Shown here one piece after another: positions 10,037 through 17,932 of a stretch of DNA of 64,000 nucleotides. The DNA is from an uncultured Kiritimatiellota bacterium (GTDB lineage Bacteria > Verrucomicrobiota > Kiritimatiellia > RFP12 > DVOR01). The notes below the pieces were generated by a model. That model had not been told where the DNA came from. It ran no database searches and saw only the letters and a program-made list of their open reading frames with translations. Location: contig CALXSH010000002.1 of the NCBI GenBank assembly GCA_944391065.1, positions 7,755-71,754 of the forward strand, given 5' to 3'. Every line of letters begins with the position of its first letter. Positions within the stretch are counted from its first letter, which is position 1. The translations under genes and the position numbers were made by a program.

Positions 10037-10618
10037 ATGAAATCCATCCTGACGCTTACGTTCATGGCCGCGGTGACCGCCGTCTTCGCCCAGAAAATCG
10101 CCGTCTTCGACATGGAGGCGGTCATCGCCAAGCATCCCAATACCCCCAAGGACAAGGAACAGCTTGAGATGACCATGGCCGACTACACCAAGGAGCGCGA
10201 TACCCTCCGCGCCGACCTTAGCGCCAAGGAGGAGGCCCTGCGCAAGAAAATCCAGGAATCGCAGAATCCCATGCTCGCTCCCGCCAAGGCCGAGGAACTC
10301 CGCCAGGCTTGCATGGCCATGCAAAACGAACTCGAGCAGGCCGCCATCTCCGCCGAGAACCAGATGCGCCGCCGCAGCCAGGACCTCGCCGAACTCGAGC
10401 AGCGCCTCATCCGCCGGACCTCCGACGAAATCATCCAGCTCGTCTCCGCCTACGCCAAGGAGAAGGGCTTCGACCTCGTCCTTTACAAGAACGTCGTCCC
10501 GTACTGTGCCGACTCCCTCGACATCACCGACGAGGCCATCGTCCTCTGCGGCGGCATGCCTGACCGCAAGGACACCGCCAAGGACGGCAAGGACCTGCCT
10601 CCGCCCGAAAAGCTCTGA
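10037..10618 (+). CDS. skp: Periplasmic chaperone Skp/OmpH
   Basis: Signal peptide then long coiled-coil helical arms; classic position after bamA; start at internal ATG 10037 with RBS AAGGAG. Confidence 0.75.
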   Translation: MKSILTLTFMAAVTAVFAQKIAVFDMEAVIAKHPNTPKDKEQLEMTMADYTKERDTLRADLSAKEEALRKKIQESQNPMLAPAKAEELRQACMAMQNELEQAAISAENQMRRRSQDLAELEQRLIRRTSDEIIQLVSAYAKEKGFDLVLYKNVVPYCADSLDITDEAIVLCGGMPDRKDTAKDGKDLPPPEKL

Positions 10619-10647
10619 GAATCCCCGAGAAAGGAAACACACCCACC

Positions 10648-11076
10648 ATGTCCAGCGAACTCGAAGAAGGCAACCGCCTGACGCTCGATTTCACCAAGAT
10701 CTCCAAGGTCGCCGCCAATATCCGCGAGGAGAAAGATCACGTCATCCCCGTGGCCGTCCAGCACGCCGACACCAAGGAGGTCATCCTCCTGGCCTACACC
10801 AATCGCCAAGCGATGGAACTCACCTTCAAGACCCGCACGCTGACCCTTTGGTCCACCTCCCGCAACGTTCTCTGGGAGAAGGGCAAGACCTCCGGTGAGA
10901 CCTTCGAGGTCCTCGAAACCCGCGTCAACTGCGAACAGAACTCCCTCGTCTACATTGTCCGTCCGCGCCGCGGCAACATTTGCCACACCAAGAACCGCGA
11001 CGGCCACCCGCGTAACTGCTACTACCGCTCCGTCAACATGGACGATGGCGTCACCCTCACCAATCTCGATCCCTGA
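10648..11076 (+). CDS. hisI: Phosphoribosyl-AMP cyclohydrolase HisI
   Basis: VIPVAVQ...LLAYTNRQA...LWSTSRNVLWEKGKTSGETF matches HisI family. Confidence 0.85.
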   Translation: MSSELEEGNRLTLDFTKISKVAANIREEKDHVIPVAVQHADTKEVILLAYTNRQAMELTFKTRTLTLWSTSRNVLWEKGKTSGETFEVLETRVNCEQNSLVYIVRPRRGNICHTKNRDGHPRNCYYRSVNMDDGVTLTNLDP

Positions 11077-11084
11077 GAGACCCG

Positions 11085-11122
11085 CACGCGCGAAAAAAGA
11101 AGCGGATGCCACACGGCATCCG
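11085..11122 (+). terminator. Rho-independent terminator after hisI (first of two tandem hairpins)
   Basis: AGCGGATGCC-ACAC-GGCATCCGCT perfect stem followed by CTTTTT; A-run on the 5' side. Confidence 0.7.
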
Positions 11123-11124
11123 CT

Positions 11125-11156
11125 CTTTTTGGACCTTCGAAAGCTTTCGAAGCCCC
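11125..11156 (+). terminator. Second hairpin plus T-run directly after the first terminator
   Basis: Perfect 18-bp palindrome CTTCGAAAGCTTTCGAAG followed by CCCCCTTTTTGTTG. Confidence 0.5.
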
Positions 11157-11290
11157 CTTTTTGTTGATGCGCCTGTGGGTGCGCTCATCAATCCTGAGGA
11201 TGTCGCCGAGGGGATCTCTGACGGTGTCGCCCTTCCTGATTCGTTTTATCGATGCGCGGGCCCTGTCGCGGTGCGCTTTTGGTATACTCC

Positions 11291-11923
11291 ATGCATATGG
11301 TTACGATTCTGGATTACGGTGCCGGCAACCTGACAAGCGTCAGGCTTGCTTTTGAGCGTCTGGGCGTCACGCCGCGCCTGATCACATCCGCCGATGACTA
11401 CGTGCGCGGACGGATTGTCTTCCCCGGGGTCGGCAGTGCCGGCTCGGGCATGGAGGGCCTTCGGGCGCGCGGGTTTGACGCGTTGCTGCGCCGCGAGGCG
11501 GCTGCGGGGACGCCGATTCTCGGCATCTGCCTCGGTATGCAGTTGCTCCTGGGCATGTCTGCCGAGGACGGCGGCGTGGAGGGCCTCGGGCTCATCGCCG
11601 GCGAGGTGGTCCCCTTTGATGAGGCCAAGGATCCGTCGGTCAAGATCCCTCACATGGGCTGGAATACCGTTCGTCACATCGGTCATCCTCTCTTCGTGGG
11701 TGTCCCGCAGGACGCGGCCTTTTACTTCGTTCACTCCTTCTTTGCCCGTCCTCAGGCCGACGCCGATGTCCTCGGCCGCACCGATTACTGCGGGGAGAAC
11801 TTCGCCTCCGTCGTGGGACACGGTTCGTTGGTCGCCACGCAGTTTCATCCCGAGCGCAGCGGCGCGGCCGGCGCACAGGTCCTGCGCAACTTTCTGAACC
11901 TGGAGGGGCCTGCATGCTCCTGA
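11291..11923 (+). CDS. hisH: Imidazole glycerol phosphate synthase, glutamine amidotransferase subunit HisH
   Basis: ILDYGAGNL, GICLGMQLL catalytic Cys, FHPE motif; start may be ATG 11297; TATACT -10-like hexamer at 11283-11288 suggests a short or absent leader. Confidence 0.85.
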   Translation: MHMVTILDYGAGNLTSVRLAFERLGVTPRLITSADDYVRGRIVFPGVGSAGSGMEGLRARGFDALLRREAAAGTPILGICLGMQLLLGMSAEDGGVEGLGLIAGEVVPFDEAKDPSVKIPHMGWNTVRHIGHPLFVGVPQDAAFYFVHSFFARPQADADVLGRTDYCGENFASVVGHGSLVATQFHPERSGAAGAQVLRNFLNLEGPACS

Positions 11924-12684
11924 AACGTCTGATTGTCTGTCTCGATGTCCGCAATGGGCGCGTCACCAAGGGCGTCCGGTTCAAAGGCAATGTCGACGTC
12001 GGCGATCCCGTCGACATGGCGGCCCGTTACTGCGCCGACGGCGCTGACGAGATGGTCTTCTACGATATCACCGCCAGCGCCGAACACCGTTGCTGCGATC
12101 TGGACATGGTCGCCCGCGCGGCGCGCGCCCTCAGCATTCCCTTTACAGTCGGCGGCGGCATCCGCGACGCGGCCGACATGCGCGCCGCGCTGCTGGCCGG
12201 CGCGGACAAGGTCTCGCTCAACTCCCTGGCCGTTCTTCATCCCGAGGTGCTCACCGTGGGGGCGAAGGCCTTCGGCCGTCAGTGCGTCGTCCTCGGCATG
12301 GATGCCAAACGCGTTCCTGCCTCCTCTGCTATTCCCTCGGGTTACGAGATCGTTATCCGCGGCGGCCGCGAACCGACCGGGCGCGACGCGGTGGCGTGGG
12401 CGAAGGAGGCCGTTGACCGCGGCGCCGGCGAAATCTGCGTCAACGCCATCGACACCGACGGCGTGCGCGAGGGTTACGAACTCACCCTGACCCGTCTCAT
12501 CTCCGATGCCGTCCGCGTTCCTGTCATCGCCTCGGGCGGGGCGGGCAAACCCGAGCATCTGACGGCGGTCCTCCGCGAGGGCCATGCCGACGCGGCCTTG
12601 GTTGCCTCCATGGTCCACACGATGGGCTACACCTGCGCCGGCATCAAGGCCGCCTTGGCCGCCGACGGCATTCCAGTGAGGTAA
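11914..12684 (+). CDS. hisF: Imidazole glycerol phosphate synthase cyclase subunit HisF
   Basis: RLIVCLDV...TVGGGIR...ASGGAG TIM-barrel motifs; overlaps hisH by 10 nt. Confidence 0.9.
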   Translation: MLLKRLIVCLDVRNGRVTKGVRFKGNVDVGDPVDMAARYCADGADEMVFYDITASAEHRCCDLDMVARAARALSIPFTVGGGIRDAADMRAALLAGADKVSLNSLAVLHPEVLTVGAKAFGRQCVVLGMDAKRVPASSAIPSGYEIVIRGGREPTGRDAVAWAKEAVDRGAGEICVNAIDTDGVREGYELTLTRLISDAVRVPVIASGGAGKPEHLTAVLREGHADAALVASMVHTMGYTCAGIKAALAADGIPVR

Positions 12685-12687
12685 TCC

Positions 12688-13110
12688 ATGCGTAACGAAC
12701 GCTTCGAGGCCGCCATCGCCGTCATTTTGAAACGCGACAGCCGTTACCCGCGCGCGGCCTACCTGCTCATCTCCGAGGTCCTTCAGGACACACTCTACGG
12801 ACTCCGTCAGGAGGCCCGTGAGGAGGGGCGCCCCGAGGCCTTTGAGGATAACCGCGGCAACCAGCATGTCACCGGCCGCCAGTTGGCCGAGGGACTCCGC
12901 GACTACATGCTCGACCGCTATGGCCCTTTCGCCTGGCCGATGCTTTGTGACCTCAATATCCGCCGCACCGAGGATATCGGTGTCCTGGTCTACAATCTCA
13001 TCCGCGTCGGCGCCTTCGGCCGTTCCGAAAAGGATTCGCTCGATGACTTCGCCCATGTCTACGATTTCGAGGAGGCCTTCAAGGCGCCTTTCGAACCCCA
13101 GAATACCTAA
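12688..13110 (+). CDS. Conserved hypothetical protein (140 aa), translationally coupled to hisF
   Basis: ATG 4 nt after hisF stop; no recognisable catalytic motifs; acidic, probably cytoplasmic. Confidence 0.5.
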   Translation: MRNERFEAAIAVILKRDSRYPRAAYLLISEVLQDTLYGLRQEAREEGRPEAFEDNRGNQHVTGRQLAEGLRDYMLDRYGPFAWPMLCDLNIRRTEDIGVLVYNLIRVGAFGRSEKDSLDDFAHVYDFEEAFKAPFEPQNT

Positions 13111-13151
13111 CGTCAGTCATTAACCCGGTCTGCTCCGGAGGAGAAGTTCCT

Positions 13152-15164
13152 ATGCCCGCCAACGTCGCCAACAATCCCTTTCTCGACGCCCCGTGGATGC
13201 CGCGCTACGACGCGATGACCCCTGAGGCCGCCGCCGAAGCCTTCGAACAGACCCTGCCCAAGGCCGAACAGGCCTTCCGCACCGTCGAGAAGCAGCTCGA
13301 CATCTCCTGGCAGGGCCTTATCGTCGCCCCCAACGAGGCTGTCCGCAAACCCTTCGAGGTTTGGGGTATGCTGACCCACCTGACCTCCGTCGTCAACAGT
13401 GAGGCCTGGCGCAAGGTCGAAGAGACCTACCAGCCCCGCATCATCGCCCTCGCCCAGCTGACCTCCCAGAGCCGTCCCCTCTACGAGGGCATGCTGGCCC
13501 TGGCCGAGGATCCCAAGCTCAAACCCTGGCAACGCCACGTGCTCGACCGCTACATCCGCAGCATGCGCAACGCCGGCGTCGGACTGACCGGCGCAGAGAA
13601 GCGGAAGTTCAACCGCATCCAGACCGAACTGGCCAATCTCGGCATGCGCTTTTCCAATAACGTCCTCGATTCCGAGAAGGCCGCCAAGATCACCATCGCT
13701 CCCGACGAGGCCGAAGGCATCAAGCCCGACCTGCTCGTCGGCAAGGGCCCGTGGGAGCTCGGCATTGACTTTGCGACCTACGACTCCGTGATGCGCTACG
13801 CCGTCTCTTCCGACGTCCGCGAACGCTTCTGGCGCGCCCGTGCCACCCGCGCCTCCTCCGGCGCCGTCAACAACAATCCTCTTATCGAGAAGATTGTCAA
13901 GCTCCGCCAGCAGATGGCCGACCTGCTCGGTTATCCCGACTACGCCCATGTCTCAACTTCCGAGAAAATGGCCGGCACCCCTGAGGCCGTCTACGCCCTC
14001 CTGGACCCGATGCTCAAAGTCGGCCGCCCCGCCGCCAAGGTGGAGGAACGCGAACTCGCCGCTTTCGCCAAGAAGAACGGCTTCAGCGGCAAGCTCCAGC
14101 CTTGGGACAAGGCCTACTGGTGCGAACGCCTCTCGCAGGAGCTCTTCGGCTTTGATGAGGAGGCCTTGCGCGATTACTTCCCGATGGAACGTGTTCTCGA
14201 CGGCCTCTTCGCCCTCGTGAAGCGCCTCTTCGGCGTCACCTTCGAGCGTCAGAAGGGCGCCATCCACGCCTGGCACCGCGATGTCCGCTTCTACCATGTC
14301 CGCGATGCCAAGGGCAATGACCTGGCCGGGTTTTACTTCGACCCCTACGCCCGTCCCGGCACCAAGAACGGCGGCGCCTGGATGAACGAAATCCGCGGCC
14401 GCGATTTTGAGACCCGCAAGCAGCTCCCAATCGCCGTCGTCTGCTGCAACCAGAAGCCGCCGCGCGGCCGTGCGCCCGCCACGATGAGCACCTATGAGGT
14501 CGAGACCCTCTTTCACGAAGTCGGCCATGCCCTTCAGGAAATGCTTACCGCCGTGGACTCGCCCACCTGCGCCGGTATCTCCAATGTCGAATGGGACGCC
14601 GTCGAAATTGCCTCCCAGTTTCTCGAGCGCTTCCCGAAGGATGTCCGCATCCTGAAGAGCCTCTCGGCCCATGTCAAGACCGGCGTTCCCCTCCCGGACG
14701 AGACGATCAACGCCATCGTGGCCAAGCGCCGCTTCCGTGCCGCCAACGCCCTTGTCCGCCAGCTTCACCTGGCCTACACCGACCTGGCCATCCACGCGAA
14801 GAACTACCCGAAGAAGTACAAGAACGCCAACGCCTGCAAGGAGGCCCTCGGCCGGAGGATCCTGCCCTCCCTTCCGCACCCGGACGACCGTTTCCTCTGC
14901 GCCTTCACCCATATCTTCTCGGGCGGCTACTCGGCCGGTTACTACTCCTACAAGTGGAGCGAAACCCTCTCCGCCGACATCTATGCCGCCTTCGCGGGCC
15001 AGACCGTGGCCACGCAGAAGAAGCTTGGCGCGAAGTACCTGAAGACCATCCTGGGCATGGGCGGTTCCGCCCCCGCCGCCGAGGTTTTCCGCAAGCTCAT
15101 GGGTCGCGACCCCGACGCTTCCGCCATCCTGCGTGAGGACGGGCTTCTGCCCGAAGAGACCTGA
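13152..15164 (+). CDS. prlC: M3 family oligopeptidase A / peptidyl-dipeptidase (PrlC/Dcp-like)
   Basis: 670 aa; HEVGHA zinc-binding HExxH motif plus downstream E; RBS GGAGGAG. Confidence 0.85.
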   Translation: MPANVANNPFLDAPWMPRYDAMTPEAAAEAFEQTLPKAEQAFRTVEKQLDISWQGLIVAPNEAVRKPFEVWGMLTHLTSVVNSEAWRKVEETYQPRIIALAQLTSQSRPLYEGMLALAEDPKLKPWQRHVLDRYIRSMRNAGVGLTGAEKRKFNRIQTELANLGMRFSNNVLDSEKAAKITIAPDEAEGIKPDLLVGKGPWELGIDFATYDSVMRYAVSSDVRERFWRARATRASSGAVNNNPLIEKIVKLRQQMADLLGYPDYAHVSTSEKMAGTPEAVYALLDPMLKVGRPAAKVEERELAAFAKKNGFSGKLQPWDKAYWCERLSQELFGFDEEALRDYFPMERVLDGLFALVKRLFGVTFERQKGAIHAWHRDVRFYHVRDAKGNDLAGFYFDPYARPGTKNGGAWMNEIRGRDFETRKQLPIAVVCCNQKPPRGRAPATMSTYEVETLFHEVGHALQEMLTAVDSPTCAGISNVEWDAVEIASQFLERFPKDVRILKSLSAHVKTGVPLPDETINAIVAKRRFRAANALVRQLHLAYTDLAIHAKNYPKKYKNANACKEALGRRILPSLPHPDDRFLCAFTHIFSGGYSAGYYSYKWSETLSADIYAAFAGQTVATQKKLGAKYLKTILGMGGSAPAAEVFRKLMGRDPDASAILREDGLLPEET

Positions 15165-15174
15165 GGCATGCCGC

Positions 15175-15864
15175 ATGTTCCGACGTCTGACGCCGGAAAC
15201 CGACCGGTTCCGCGGCTATGAGGTGCTCCTTTTCCGCCAGGGCCGGGCTCCCTCTGCCGTCCGCCGCCTGATGCGGCGGACGGTTGTCTTCGCCCCACAT
15301 CGCGGCAAAGTCGGCGTCTTCCTGCCGGAAACTTCCGGGGCCTTTAGTCGCGACGATCTGGAAAGAGCCTGGTGCGAACAGGGTGCTCCGGCGGTTCAGC
15401 TCCCGACGGCGGACGAACGCGTCCTGCTCGGTCGCCTCATCCGTCTCAAGGTCACCCCTTACGTCGGCTATGACGACGCCTGGCTCGACGGCGTTTGCCT
15501 CAATCTGACCTGCCGACGCGCCCCTACAAAAGATATCGACAGCCGTGTCGGCCGATTCCTGCAGACCGAACTCCTCCGGGCCGCCGAGGCCGCGCTGGAA
15601 CGTTTCCGGCCCCGTCTCACCAAGCTCCCCTCACAAATCGTCATCAAGCCCCTCCGCCAGCGCATCCTCGGCCAATGCACCCGTGACGGCGAAATCCGTC
15701 TCAATCCCACCCTCCTTCAGTGGCCCGAGACAGTGCTCGAAGAGACCCTTGCCCACGAACTCTCCCACCTCGTCTGCTTTAATCACTCTCCCGCTTTCTG
15801 GGAGACCCTCACGGTGCTTCTTCCCGATTGGCTTCCCCGTTCACTGTGCCACTACCTGACCTGA
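15175..15864 (+). CDS. DUF45/YgjP-like zinc metallohydrolase (M48/SprT-like)
   Basis: C-terminal HELSHL...H motif; start at ATG 15175 (MFRRL) with GAGG RBS. Confidence 0.6.
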   Translation: MFRRLTPETDRFRGYEVLLFRQGRAPSAVRRLMRRTVVFAPHRGKVGVFLPETSGAFSRDDLERAWCEQGAPAVQLPTADERVLLGRLIRLKVTPYVGYDDAWLDGVCLNLTCRRAPTKDIDSRVGRFLQTELLRAAEAALERFRPRLTKLPSQIVIKPLRQRILGQCTRDGEIRLNPTLLQWPETVLEETLAHELSHLVCFNHSPAFWETLTVLLPDWLPRSLCHYLT

Positions 15865-15924
15865 GGTTAGTCAGTGGCACAGGCAGGTGACGCGCTGACG
15901 TTCGTTTGCAGAGGGGCCAGCCGC

Positions 15925-16899
15925 TCATTCGAGGTAGCCCTCGAGCAGGGCCTTTACATCTGCGGCATCGGCATTATCCAGGCTCAGGTTCTTCAGACGC
16001 TGCGTCAGGGATCTGGCGGAGGCGGCTTTGCGCTTGGCGTCGGTCAGCGCGTCGAGTTTCGCGGCGGCTTGGCGGATGGATGCCAGCGCGGCGACGGACT
16101 TGTCGCGCATCAGCGTGCGGTAGGTGTCCTTGTAACGGCCTGTCACCGAGGGCATCGTGGCGTTGAGCTCCTTCATCGCCGCGAGGGCTCGGGAGGGGTA
16201 TTCCTCAAGGTCGGCGTCGATGGCGGCGGTCCGTTCCTCGGCCCAGAGTTCGCAGAGCTCCGCCAGCGCCGCGGCTTCGCGGCCCTGCGGCGTATCCTGC
16301 TGGGCGCGCGCGCGGAGCGTCTTCAGGGCGCGATCGATATTCTTGCCGGCCACGAGCCGCTTCGTCATCTCTTTGTTGTAAAGGACCTCGGTCCCCGGAA
16401 TCAGCGACCCTAGGATACGTTCGGGCACCCGCTTGATGGCCGCGCGGACGGCCTCCTTCAGCGCGTCGGTCTCCTGACCGGGATCGCCGGACCAGACGAA
16501 CTCGCCGGTGTGGTCGATGACGTAGGCGAAGGGCAGCATCTGCGAGGTCGGCGCTCCCTCGGCATGGAGAAACTGATAGGTCGGCAACCCTTCTGCCCCC
16601 GTCTCGCGGAGCATTGCCTTGACCGCTTCTTCGTTGCGGTCCTGCATATGGGCGCCCAGCATCAGGAAGCGTTTATCTTTGGCCAGGCTTTTGGCGAACT
16701 CCGCCAGTTTCGGCAGGCAGGCGCGGCAGCGCGGGCAGCGGAAGCCAAAATCGGCCACCAGCACGACGCGGCCTTCGGTATCCTTGGCCTCCTCTTCGGG
16801 CCCGGAGAGGTGGGATTCGGGGGAGAGATTGAAGAACTCCGTCGCCCGGAGCGGCAGCGGCGCCAGGCAAAGCGTCAGAAGCGTCATCGCGATACGCAT
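15925..16899 (-). CDS. Thioredoxin-like (TlpA/ResA-like) secreted or lipo-protein with C-terminal helical domain
   Basis: Signal peptide MRIAMTLLTLCLAPLPLRA; CPRC CxxC motif in thioredoxin-fold region; AAGGAG RBS; overlaps the upstream gene by 14 nt. Confidence 0.6.
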   Translation of the reverse strand: MRIAMTLLTLCLAPLPLRATEFFNLSPESHLSGPEEEAKDTEGRVVLVADFGFRCPRCRACLPKLAEFAKSLAKDKRFLMLGAHMQDRNEEAVKAMLRETGAEGLPTYQFLHAEGAPTSQMLPFAYVIDHTGEFVWSGDPGQETDALKEAVRAAIKRVPERILGSLIPGTEVLYNKEMTKRLVAGKNIDRALKTLRARAQQDTPQGREAAALAELCELWAEERTAAIDADLEEYPSRALAAMKELNATMPSVTGRYKDTYRTLMRDKSVAALASIRQAAAKLDALTDAKRKAASARSLTQRLKNLSLDNADAADVKALLEGYLE

Positions 16900-16939
16900 G
16901 GGAAACTCCTTTCCGATAGGGGAACAGTCTTCCAAGAAA

Positions 16940-17932
16940 TCAGGCTTCGTCAAAGAGGCGCGGACTGGTCTTCTTGTACTCCTTCAGGGAGAAGAGGATC
17001 CGTCCCGTCGTCGGAAGACCGACCTTTCGGGTGAGTTCGCGGAAGGTCGCTATGCCCTCTTCCCACGAATGCCGATGGATCATCGCGTAGAGGGTGAAGG
17101 GAAAGTTCGGCGCCGCCGGGCGGGCGTAGCAGTGGGTCACGGACGGTTCCGCCGCGAGACGCGCGCCAAAACGGTCCAGGGCGCTCTCGGCCACGGGCCA
17201 GCAGCACATGCCGTTGGCCGTGAACCCGGCGGAATGATGATAGGGCAGCAACGCGAAGCGGCGCAGACGCCCGTCGGCCTGCCATGCCCGCAGCGTCGGC
17301 AGGTCTTCGGGGCGGAACGGAGCTTCGGGGCGGTCGGTGTCGTCCTGATAGCGGTGGATGAGGGCACGGCCCGGGCCATCGGGCGGGATGACGGGCACGG
17401 GGTCTGTCGGCATCGGTGCCAACGGCAGGGGCGTGTGGGCTTCGGCTTCCGCACCGAGGATGACGTCGATTTTGTAGCGCTTCAGCGCGGGGAAGGGAAT
17501 GGGATTGAGGTCTGCGAAAGGCGCGCAGGCCTTCCGGAAGCGGTTAGCCGGAGCCGTGAGGGTATACCAGAGTGACGGGTAGTCACGATAGGCCTCGGCT
17601 GAGAGTTCTCCTGAGACGACGCCTTTCGGCCACCCACGGAGATAGATGTGGGTGACCCCGGGCGCTTCGGCCAGGCGGGCCGCGGCCGCGTCGGCTTCGG
17701 GACCGCGCAGGCAGAGGGCAAAGAGCGAACTCACGGCGCCCAGCCGCCGACCGTCGAAGACGCCGCCGATACGTCTGACCAGGCCCTTGGCGCGGAGGCG
17801 GGTGATGAAATTCAAGAGCGCGGCTTCAGTCGTGCCGAGGTTTTCGGCAAGGGTCCGCAGGGGGCGTTCCGTCAGCGGCCAAGGTCGCTGCAACGCGACA
17901 AAGAGTCGGGCTTCGTCAGCGGTGAAGGTCAT
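16940..17932 (-). CDS. Siroheme decarboxylase-like protein, fused AhbA/AhbB (NirD/NirL family, duplicated AsnC-type HTH plus ligand domains)
   Basis: Two repeats of the L..LQ..PL...P...LAE.LG..E..LL.....L...GL.RR.G..F pattern (LFVALQRPWPLTERPLRTLAENLG...VRRIGGVF and LRAWQADGRLRRFALLP); start ATG overlaps the upstream stop in ATGA. Confidence 0.6.
   Translation of the reverse strand: MTFTADEARLFVALQRPWPLTERPLRTLAENLGTTEAALLNFITRLRAKGLVRRIGGVFDGRRLGAVSSLFALCLRGPEADAAAARLAEAPGVTHIYLRGWPKGVVSGELSAEAYRDYPSLWYTLTAPANRFRKACAPFADLNPIPFPALKRYKIDVILGAEAEAHTPLPLAPMPTDPVPVIPPDGPGRALIHRYQDDTDRPEAPFRPEDLPTLRAWQADGRLRRFALLPYHHSAGFTANGMCCWPVAESALDRFGARLAAEPSVTHCYARPAAPNFPFTLYAMIHRHSWEEGIATFRELTRKVGLPTTGRILFSLKEYKKTSPRLFDEA

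Noticed and set aside
6148-10176. 1342-aa minus-strand ORF spanning dnaB and bamA
   Set aside because: Antisense to two well-supported conserved genes. The composition is Gly/Ala/Arg/Val-rich, typical of high-GC shadow ORFs, and shows no motifs.
15845-15893. 10-bp-stem inverted repeat (CTGTGCCACT...AGTGGCACAG) at the 3' end of the DUF45 gene
   Set aside because: Large 19-nt loop and no T-tract. It may be a weak or bidirectional terminator between the convergent genes, but the evidence is insufficient to call it.
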